Assembly: GCA_025774555.1 (NCBI GenBank)
Contig: JALGVT010000004.1
Location: 12,013-76,012, forward strand
Source of the DNA: a candidate division LCP-89 bacterium
GTDB taxonomy: Bacteria > Electryoneota > B3-LCP
Length of the DNA: 64,000 bases
Reading direction: 5' to 3'
Numbering within the stretch: position 1 is the first letter of the stretch; the number at the start of each line of letters is the position of its first letter. Shown one piece after another: positions 39,589 through 50,289 of this stretch. The position numbers were made by a program, and so were the translations under genes. Below the pieces are notes generated by a model. That model did no database searches, was not told the origin of the DNA, and saw only the letters and a list, made by a program, of their open reading frames with translations.

Positions 39589-39707
39589 GGTAAAAGGTAA
39601 AAGTAGGGGCGGTCCAGCCGCTGAACAGTGCCAATGGTGCCTCTGCCATTTTTAAATAGCCAAACAACGTCAAGAGAATTATTTTTTCACTTCGACTAAA
39701 ATAATGC

Positions 39708-39736
39708 TTGACATTCTGAGTATTCTTATTTACATT
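39708..39736 (+). promoter_or_regulatory. orphan sigma70-type promoter (TTGACA-17-TACATT)
   Basis: Consensus -35 with a 17-nt spacer. It is followed about 35 nt later by a 10-bp hairpin plus a T-run (39772-39819). Confidence 0.35.
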
Positions 39737-39858
39737 AGAAGGTAGCGTTACGGGGATTATAGTGATTCCTGACAGCTTACCTGAAGGGAATCATACCTGA
39801 CACGGTAAGCTGTTTTTTTGAAGGTTTGCAAAAATCGGGCAGACATGGTCTGTTTTTT

Positions 39859-39963
39859 GATGGCGATAATCTCGCTACCGGTGTCTTTTTTTGTCGCCTG
39901 AAGAGCGGCGCTGATGCTTTCGTCGGCAAGCTGATACTGCTAAAACAACAGATAACATTATAA
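39859..39963 (+). pseudogene. remnant of a T9SS C-terminal domain (last ~30 codons only)
   Basis: Translates DGDNLATGVFFCRLKSGADAFVGKLILLK..., the end of a CTD, but no upstream ORF exists. Confidence 0.5.
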
Positions 39964-40061
39964 TTATTAAGATGTTATTGTTTAGTATATCAATGCGGAA
40001 TCGACTTGAAGACTCACACAAATTCGTTATAAAATATTTGAAAAAAACTTAAAAATACCCC

Positions 40062-40090
40062 TTGACTTTAGGGGATAAACACTATATATT
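40062..40090 (+). promoter_or_regulatory. rRNA operon promoter (TTGACT-17-TATATT) with an A/T-rich UP-like element
   Basis: The hexamers lie 130 nt upstream of 16S. They are preceded by AAAATATTTGAAAAAAACTTAAAAATA. Confidence 0.6.
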
Positions 40091-40219
40091 ATTGTTCTGC
40101 TACGGTGGATGCACCGTTGCAGTTTTTATCTGTTCTTTGAAAAGTTGAGTGTGTGTGGCCCACACAAAAAATTCGTTGAGAATTCAACAAAGCAAACTAA
40201 GTTAGAATCAAATAAACCT

Positions 40220-41764
<1,545 letters not shown>

Positions 41765-41921
41765 AGCAAGAGCGTTCCGTCAACCGACGGAAGTCTGCTC
41801 TAGGTCGGACGACGAGTTTTTTGATGGAATCCGCGCACACTCTTCTTATATATATAACCGATAAGTGGCCCGTCGTATGGCGTGCCTTTTTTTCCGGCAA
41901 ATGACGGATAAGTCGGTAGTT

Positions 41922-41995
<74 letters not shown>

Positions 41996-42061
41996 CTTGT
42001 ACCGGGTCGGGCTTAAGAGATAATCCCGCTTCGACGGGATGCCGTCCCGACCCCTCGGGAC

Positions 42062-42134
42062 GGGGAATTAGCTCAGTTGGGAGAGCGCCGGCTTTGCAAG
42101 CCGGAGGTCACCGGTTCGAGCCCGGTATTCTCCA
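42062..42134 (+). tRNA. tRNA-Ala (anticodon TGC)
   Basis: GGGGAATTAGCTCAGTTGGGAGAGCGCCGGCTTTGCAAGCCGGAGGTCACCGGTTCGAGCCCGGTATTCTCCA. Confidence 0.95.
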
Positions 42135-42161
42135 CAGATAGTTCTTTTAGATTAATAGTAT

Positions 42162-42234
42162 GGTGAAGTAGCTCAGATGGGAGCGCGTCCCGACAAGGTC
42201 GGGGAGGTCACCGGTTCGAATCCGGGTTTCATCA
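42162..42234 (+). pseudogene. degenerate third tRNA-like element in the ITS (tRNA-Ala-derived? anticodon loop ACAAGGT)
   Basis: A 73-nt cloverleaf can be drawn. The acceptor is GGTGAAG/TTTCATC with two G-U pairs, and 17 nt of the T-arm region are identical to tRNA-Ala. Against a working tRNA: C at position 33, anticodon AAG, one D-stem mismatch and one T-stem mismatch. Confidence 0.5.
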
Positions 42235-42597
42235 CAAAACGATCAGGTTCAAAAGATCGTGAAAAGTTTCGGAACATCCGTTCCGAACTGTTCTTTGACA
42301 GTCGAAGTCGAGTTCGGGTAGCATAATAAAAAGAATCAGACATCTGTAAAGGTTGAAGGATTTCAGCCAAGTTATAAAGGGCACGAGGTGGATGCCTTGG
42401 CACAAGCAGGCGATGAAGGACGTGGTAAGCTGCGATAAGCCCCGGTGAGGTGCAAACAACCTTAGATCCGAGGATTTCCGAATGGGGAAACCCGGCTCCG
42501 GTAATGCGGAGTCATCACTAAGTGAATACATAGCTTAGTGAGGCGAACGGAGAGAACTGAAACATCTAAGTAACTCCAGGAAGAGAAAGCAATAGCA

Positions 42598-42638
<41 letters not shown>

Positions 42639-42903
42639 TTATGTCGTGTCAAGCTGACGGGCGTTGCGGCATAGGGGTCGTGGGATCGGTCTGGGAGAGC
42701 CGTTAATCTCCCAGGAAGTTACAAAACCATTTGTTAGTCGAGTATTCATGGAAAGGTATAGCCATAGAGGGTGATAGCCCCGTAGGCGAAAACAAATGGA
42801 CTTCCGACCGTCTCCCAAGTACCGCGGGACACGAGGAACCCTGTGGGAATTCAGGAGGACCATCTCCTAAGGCTAAATACTCGCTTGTGACCGATAGTGA
42901 ACC

Positions 42904-42934
<31 letters not shown>

Positions 42935-43529
42935 GGGAGGGGAGTGAAATAGTACCTGAAACCTCGTGCTTACAAGCAGTGGGAGTCCCGACTTGTCGGG
43001 ATGACCGCGTGCCTTTTGCATAATGAGCTGGCGAGTTGCTCGTCCGTAGCAAGGATAAGGCTCTCAGAGCCCGATCCGTAGCGAAAGCAAGTCTGAATAG
43101 GGCGATAAGTTACTGGCGGCAGACGCGAAGCCGGGTGATCTACCCATGGCCAGGTTGAAGCGCAGGTAAAACTGCGTGGAGGACCGAACCAGTTGACGTT
43201 GAAAAGTCATTGGATGAGTTGTGGGTAGGGGTGAAAGGCCAATCAAACCCGGAGATAGCTCGTACTCCCCGAAATAGCTTTAGGGCTAGCCTCGCGTGAT
43301 GTATACCGGAGGTAGAGCACTGAAAGGAATAGGGCCCTCAAAAGGGTACCGACCCCTATCAAACTCCGAATGCCGGATATATTAACGTGGGAGTCAGGCT
43401 ATGGGAGATAAGTTTCATAGCCGAGAGGGAAACAACCCAGATCGACAGCTAAGGTCCCCAAGTGTGACTTAAGTGATAAAGGATGTGAAAGGACCAAGAC
43501 AACCAGGAGGTTGGCTTAGAAGCAGCCAT

Positions 43530-43561
<32 letters not shown>

Positions 43562-44352
43562 AAGTCGTTTTGCGCCGAAAATTGTCGGGACTAAAGTCAC
43601 CACCGAAGCTTCGAGTTGTCCGTAAGGACAGCGGTAGGGGAGCATTCCGTGCACCTGCGAAGGTTATCCGTGAGGATGGCTGGAGGAGACGGAAGAGCAT
43701 ATGCCAGCATGAGTACGCGATAATGAAGGCGAGAAACCTTCACACCGAAAATCCAAGGTTTCCTGAGTAAAGCTAATCTGCTCAGGGTTAGTCGGACCCT
43801 AAGCCGAGGCCGAAGGGCGTAGGCGATGGAAAACGGGTTAAATATTCCCGTACCACCAGGAGTCTGTTTGAACTATGGGGTGACGCAGGAGTGAAAGGTC
43901 AGCCACCGATTGGAAATGGTGGTCTAAGCAGGTAGGCTGAAGGAGCAGGCAAATCCACTCCTTCTTAAGGCCGAGACGCGATAGGGAGACGTAATGTCAT
44001 AAACTGGCCCTAATCATACTGCCGAGAAAAACCTCTATGTGAGGACTTCAGGTGACCGTACCGTAAACCGACACAGGTGGATGAGGAGAGAATCCTAAGG
44101 TGCTCGAGAGAACCGTGGTTAAGGAACTCAGCAAAATGACTCCGTAACTTCGGGAGAAGGAGTGCCCTGGACGGCGATAGAGTTCGCCTCTTTAGCTGTT
44201 CGGGGCCGCAGAGAAACGGCCCAGCCGACTGTTTACTAAAAACACAGGTCTCTGCTAAGTCGTAAGACGATGTATAGGGACTGACACCTGCCCGGTGCCG
44301 GAAGGTTAAGGGGAAGTGTTATCTCCGACTTGTCGGAGAGAAGCTCTGAACT

Positions 44353-45227
<875 letters not shown>

Positions 45228-45483
45228 TCTGGGCGCTGTCTCAACCACGGACTCGGCGAAATTGAATTATCAGTGAAGATGCTGATTACCCGCAATTGGA
45301 CGGAAAGACCCCGTGCACCTTTACTATAGCTTGATATTGGATTGTAGCTCTGCATGTGTAGGATAGGTGGGAGACTTTGAACCATCCACGCCAGTGGGTG
45401 GGGAGTTACCCTTGAAATACCACCCTTGTTTTGTTGGAATCCTAACCTCATGCCGTGAATCCGGCTGAAGGACAGTGTCAGGT

Positions 45484-45515
<32 letters not shown>

Positions 45516-45673
45516 ATGTAACGGAGGCGCCCAAAGGTTCCCTCAGCACGGTCGGTAATCGTGCGTAGAGTGTAAAGGCACAAGGGAGCTTAACTGCGAG
45601 ACATACAGGTCGAGCAGGTAGGAAACTAGGGCTTAGTGATCCGGCGGTAGAGAATGGAATTGCCGTCGCTCAT

Positions 45674-45776
<103 letters not shown>

Positions 45777-45982
45777 TAGGAGGTCCCAAGGGTTTGGCTG
45801 TTCGCCAATTAAAGCGGCACGCGAGCTGGGTTTAAAACGTCGTGAGACAGTTTGGTCCCTATCCATTGTGGGCGCAGGTATCTTGAGGAGTGCTGCTCTT
45901 AGTACGAGAGGACCGGAGTGGACGAACCTCTGGTGTACCAGTTGTCGCGCCAGCGGCATGGCTGGGTAGCTAAGTTCGGAAG

Positions 45983-46015
<33 letters not shown>

Positions 46016-46312
46016 CCCTCCAAGATAAGGATACCCATTCCTGCTTCGGCAGGACTGAAGACCCCTCATAGACTATGAGGTTGATAGGTCACAGGTGTAA
46101 AGGCAGTAATGTCAAAGCCGAGTGATACTAATAGGTCGTGAGACTTGGCATAATTAATTTTTCAACTGATACAGGTTGCTGATCCGCTAACCGAACTCGA
46201 TTTCGACTGTCATAAGAACAAAAATATTGTGGAGGTCAGACATTCCTGTCTGACAGGCAAGTCCGAGGGACTCCTTCGGAGAATGCCTATCCTCCGTTTG
46301 ATATGACTGATA

Positions 46313-46431
<119 letters not shown>

Positions 46432-46441
46432 TTTTTAATTT

Positions 46442-46470
46442 GCCCTTCTGAAAAGAGGGGCTTTTTATTT
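46442..46470 (+). terminator. rrn operon intrinsic terminator
   Basis: GCCCTTCT-GAAA-AGAGGGGC (8-bp stem with a GAAA loop) is followed by TTTTTATTT. Confidence 0.7.
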
Positions 46471-46490
46471 GGGTGTAGGAGAGTAGGTCG
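46471..46490 (+). repeat. duplicated fragment of the 5S 3' end
   Basis: GGGTGTAGGAGAGTAGGTCG matches 5S 46403-46422 (GGGTGTGGGAGAGTAGGTCG) at 19 of 20 positions. Confidence 0.7.
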
Positions 46491-47014
46491 GATTCCCTGA
46501 ATCCGACGTGCAGTAACTGATGCTCTTTTGGTGCACCTCAGAGGGTAGGCGAGTAGATAGTTTATCAGTCTCCCGACTGATCACCGGGAAATTATGCCCA
46601 ATCAACCTCCCGCAGGTTCCAAACCTGCGGGAGGATTGCATTATATACGGAGGTTTTTTGCGTAGGGGTCGGTCTTGTGACCAACGGAAACCCCTTCGGG
46701 GCGCCGACCCGCTCTGCTCAGAAGCAACTGTGTTTTTCATTGTATTAGTGAGGATTACAGCAGATATTACGACAACATTGTCCGCCACTTGAGGTTGTCC
46801 GCCAGATATGACGGTGCGTTAACGTATGAACTGAAGGGTATACCGACAAATTTGTCGTAAGAGATGGGGAGATGATTTGCGTGAATGTCCTTGAAGCGAG
46901 TGTTGTAAATAGTCTGCATATATATAATATAATAAACAAATCACTCAAAGTCAAGAGGAGAATTGGCGAAAATGATGTTATGCCAGGTTTTATGCTGTAT
47001 TTGCGAAAATATGG

Positions 47015-47043
47015 TTGATAAATGGATGTTTTTGAGTTATGTT
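47015..47043 (+). promoter_or_regulatory. sigma70-type promoter (TTGATA-17-TATGTT) of the GT2/rSAM/NTPase operon
   Basis: It lies 103 nt upstream of 47146, inside an ~85-nt segment that is duplicated upstream of the flavodiiron gene. Confidence 0.45.
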
Positions 47044-47145
47044 ATGTGGAAGAAAGGAGAAAGAGACAAACGGTATGGGGAATCTTTATAATAAACCCGG
47101 ATGGGAAGCCAGCCGGGCCACCATCCCGCTAATATCAGGTAGGAA

Positions 47146-47910
47146 ATGAGCTTTTTAATCATTCCATGCTATATAAAGAATAAATGGGACCTCCATTATC
47201 TTAACAGGCTCCTCGCCAGCGTCGAGAGCCAAACCTTGACATTCGAGCAAGTCTATCTAGTAGATGATGCAAGTCCTTTGCATTATACATTGGAATTTAG
47301 CTTCATAGAGTACATCAGACTCCCAAAGAATGGCGGCCCCGCAAAGGCGCGAAACGTAGGCATTGAGAGAGCCCTTGAAAGAGATGCCCAACATCTGTTC
47401 TTCACCGACCACGACTGCATCCTCGACAGTTCCTGGAACCAGCACATGACTCATTTCCTTCAGAGTACTTCATTCGGTGCTGTTGGGGGCTTGACATTAT
47501 CCTGGGGCACCACACTGTTTGACTACTACCATGACATCAACGGCACCCTATCCGGGAAATGGCTCTTGCCGGACAGGAAAGAGCTTTGGTACATGCCGTC
47601 CTTGAACTTCGGCATGAAAGGCCAAGTCGCAAGGGAGTTCATCTTTGACGAGAGATTCCCTACCGCCGCCGGAGAAGATGTAGACCTCTGCCTTCGGATG
47701 AGGAGTAAATATAAAATCGGCTTCTGCGTCAAAGCGAAGCTCTGGCATGACTATGGTTATAAGAGCACCCTGACTGGATTTATACGATTTATAAGACTTT
47801 TTATGAAATACAAGAGCTCAAGCGCAACACTATATGAGGGCCATACGGTATTGCTATGGGACTCATCAGAATCCATCTATCTGGGAAATGCGTATGAGCC
47901 TAATCTATAG
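47146..47910 (+). CDS. family 2 glycosyltransferase
   Basis: YLVDDASP..., PKNGGPAKARNVGI and FFTDHDC (a DxD-like motif) on a GT-A fold. 254 aa. Confidence 0.8.
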   Translation: MSFLIIPCYIKNKWDLHYLNRLLASVESQTLTFEQVYLVDDASPLHYTLEFSFIEYIRLPKNGGPAKARNVGIERALERDAQHLFFTDHDCILDSSWNQHMTHFLQSTSFGAVGGLTLSWGTTLFDYYHDINGTLSGKWLLPDRKELWYMPSLNFGMKGQVAREFIFDERFPTAAGEDVDLCLRMRSKYKIGFCVKAKLWHDYGYKSTLTGFIRFIRLFMKYKSSSATLYEGHTVLLWDSSESIYLGNAYEPNL

Positions 47911-48907
47911 GAGAAAGGCGAATCAGCCAAGCCTGACTCATGTCATCCATGACTATTATGGGGAGATCATCCCATTCGCGAAGAGAATTGATCAGAAAAT
48001 TGTCGCACTCCCGCTGCTGCTCCTTAAAACCATTGAGTGGAGCATTTATCGCTGGTACAAGACGCCAATCAGACGGTTTTACGGAGTGAAAGGCAATGAG
48101 CTCATCTACATGATTACGCGCCGCTGCTGTGATAAGTGCTCAAAATGTGGCATTTGGAAGATCCCGGAGCCTGATAACCAGCACCTGCCAGTTTCTGAAT
48201 TTATCAATTGCCTTAACCAGATACATGAGAACCTGTATCAGGTGACCCTTACTGGCGGTGAGCCGCTTCTGTATCTGGAAGATGTGCTCCTTATAGGCGA
48301 AGAATGTAAGAAATTGAATGTCCCAATGCTCGTTGTCACCAATGGTGTGCTGCTCACTAAGCGTTTCCTTCAAGCATACGCCAAGCTTGAGCACATCCTC
48401 GTGATATCAGTAGATACTATAAATACAGCGAAATGGGTGAACTTTCGGGGCAGAAACCACTTCGAGCTTGTGATGGGGAATATAATGCTCGCTCGGTCTT
48501 CCCTAGGTAATAAGCTGCGGATCCAGTCCGTCCTAGCAAAAGAAACACAGGACGATATTCCACTAGTTAAGAATTTTTGCGATGAGCACTCCATCCCTCA
48601 CATTATCCAGCCCTATATGGATTTTGGAGGCTGCTGGCATAGCACCACCAGCAAAGCCAAAGACACCGGAGTCGCCTGCGCCGCACGGAAGAATATCTGC
48701 ATCTATCCCAATGGAGACGTAGTCAAGTGCTTTGACCACCATCGGATTCCTTTAGCAAAAGAACCACTCGGGAACATCAAAAAGGAGGACATCATCACGA
48801 TCCTCTGCAAGAGACGCTCAACTGAAGTGTCGAAGATCATGAAGACCTGTAACTATCCATGCAAACAATTATCATGCAACATCCCAATTGACATCTGTAA
48901 CTCATGA
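47888..48907 (+). CDS. radical SAM protein with SPASM/twitch-like C-terminal Cys-rich domain
   Basis: It has the CX3CX2C motif (CCDKCSKC) and TLTGGEPLL. The C-terminal region has C-X6-CIYPNGDVVKC and CNYPCKQLSC. The start is ambiguous (47834, 47888 or 47894), and all options overlap the GT2 gene. Confidence 0.8.
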   Translation: MRMSLIYRRKANQPSLTHVIHDYYGEIIPFAKRIDQKIVALPLLLLKTIEWSIYRWYKTPIRRFYGVKGNELIYMITRRCCDKCSKCGIWKIPEPDNQHLPVSEFINCLNQIHENLYQVTLTGGEPLLYLEDVLLIGEECKKLNVPMLVVTNGVLLTKRFLQAYAKLEHILVISVDTINTAKWVNFRGRNHFELVMGNIMLARSSLGNKLRIQSVLAKETQDDIPLVKNFCDEHSIPHIIQPYMDFGGCWHSTTSKAKDTGVACAARKNICIYPNGDVVKCFDHHRIPLAKEPLGNIKKEDIITILCKRRSTEVSKIMKTCNYPCKQLSCNIPIDICNS

Positions 48908-49485
48908 CTCGAACAAATCCAGACGTTATCATCATACGGGGTGCTCCCGGTTCAGGAAAGACACAGGCATCGAAGTGCCTTGCCACCCACTTCCAAAAGA
49001 GTGTCCGTATAGAAGTCGATACACTGAGGGCTATGGTCATTTCTGTTGAGTGGTCCAACCAGGATGAGCACATCAATATCCTATCCCTCACAATAGGTCT
49101 TGTTATCGGCTTTCACCGACTTGGTTACGGTCCGATCATTGTGGTCGATACATTCAGCGGAAATAAGCTCTCAAAGTTCATTGCAGATATCAGCTTAATG
49201 AACAACAACCTCGAAATACGTTCATTCGCGCTTGTAACCGCTCCTGAGGTCCTCAGAGTCAGGGTTGAGGACAGACCAACAGGCCAGTTCAAGGATCTCG
49301 ATATCTGCATAAAATTGAATTCCGACGTTATCAAACACCTTCAACCTCTCGAACAAATCATTGACAACACCGAACTAACGCCAGTGGAAACGGTTGAAGT
49401 CATATTGGAGCAACACCTTGGTTTTTCCAACGCCCTTCCTGCAAGAGAACGGTCAAGTTTGGGCGTTCGGGAGTTTAAAAGGTAA
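48904..49485 (+). CDS. P-loop NTPase / kinase-like protein (AAA_33-like)
   Basis: Walker A IIIRGAPGSGKT and a Walker B-like IIVVDTF are present. The ATG overlaps the rSAM stop (ATGA). Confidence 0.7.
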   Translation: MTRTNPDVIIIRGAPGSGKTQASKCLATHFQKSVRIEVDTLRAMVISVEWSNQDEHINILSLTIGLVIGFHRLGYGPIIVVDTFSGNKLSKFIADISLMNNNLEIRSFALVTAPEVLRVRVEDRPTGQFKDLDICIKLNSDVIKHLQPLEQIIDNTELTPVETVEVILEQHLGFSNALPARERSSLGVREFKR

Positions 49486-49576
49486 ATAGGTTGGTTCAGC
49501 CTAGCACAATTGTCTTTGTAGTCGAGTCCCTGTACTCGACGATTACCCCGGCGGGTGGCATGCTTTTAGTTTCCCC

Positions 49577-49694
49577 GTTGCGTTAGGTCCTTAACGCAGC
49601 ATAGACCTGACGCTAAAACGCATGTAAATAAAGATGTCAGGTCACATCCGTCAGCCGATGGATACCGAAGGCACAGGCAAGACCTGACACAACA
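49577..49694 (+). repeat. 119-nt structured palindromic repeat, copy 1
   Basis: GTTGCGTTAGGTC...GACCTGAC...GTCAGGTC...ATCCGTCAGCCGATGGAT...GACCTGACACAACA. About 90% identical to copy 2. Confidence 0.85.
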
Positions 49695-49721
49695 AATAAC
49701 TTATTCAGAAAGGAGCTTATC

Positions 49722-49859
49722 ATGGGTAAAGGCAAAGGTGGAGGTAAGAGCGGCAGCGGCGGTTCCAAAGATGAAAAATCCAATCCCCAATGGCCGAGTA
49801 AAAAAGATGGAAAGTCCTCCGGTGATAAGAGGGGAAATAATCCTCCCAAAGGCAAGTAA
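49722..49859 (+). CDS. 45-aa Lys/Gly/Ser-rich hydrophilic peptide (hypothetical)
   Basis: The ATG is preceded by AAAGGAG at a 6-nt spacing. It reads MGKGKGGGKSGSGGSKDEKSNPQWPSKKDGKSSGDKRGNNPPKGK. It is below the ORF-track cutoff, and its low complexity makes a coding call uncertain. Confidence 0.45.
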   Translation: MGKGKGGGKSGSGGSKDEKSNPQWPSKKDGKSSGDKRGNNPPKGK

Positions 49860-49894
49860 TCATGTGGTACATCTGCCCTGGAGCCAGATTTCAT

Positions 49895-50012
49895 GTTGCG
49901 TCAGCTACTTAGCGCAGCGTTGACCTGACGCTAAAACGCATGTAAATAAAGATGGCAGGTCACATCCATCAGCCGACGGATACCGAAGGTACAGGCAAGA
50001 CCTGACACAACA
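49895..50012 (+). repeat. 119-nt structured palindromic repeat, copy 2
   Basis: Same architecture and orientation as copy 1. Confidence 0.85.
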
Positions 50013-50159
50013 GTGAATGCCTTACACTGGTGCCCCATAGTTCTACTGTGGGAAAGTTATCCGAACCATGCAAACTTCTTCCACTGAACCTCGAACCCCA
50101 AATCTTCAAACCTGATGTTGTGTTAAGCCAAGTTTAATGGCTCATTCTCAAAATTACGG

Positions 50160-50188
50160 TTGATAGATGGAATATTTTAAGTTATATT
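50160..50188 (+). promoter_or_regulatory. sigma70-type promoter (TTGATA-17-TATATT) of the flavodiiron gene
   Basis: It lies 102 nt upstream of 50290 and is paralogous to 47015-47043. Confidence 0.45.
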
Positions 50189-50206
50189 AATCTCACTTTA
50201 GTAGAA

Positions 50207-50239
50207 GGGGCTGTCACAATCCCTTTTGGGACAGCCCCC
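50207..50239. repeat. mini-palindrome made of the MITE terminal repeats only
   Basis: GGGGCTGTC-ACAATCC-CTTTTGGGACAGCCCC. It has the same ends as the elements at 11536 and 56206. Confidence 0.45.
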
Positions 50240-50289
50240 ACCCAGCCATTTCAACAACAAAAACCATTACATTCAGATAAGGTATTCAC

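Noticed and set aside
49553-49565. TGGCATGCTT motifs (also at 51574-51586) as sigma54 -24/-12 promoters.
   Set aside because: The -12 TTGC element at the correct 4-5 nt spacing is missing in both copies. Only the TGGCA half matches.
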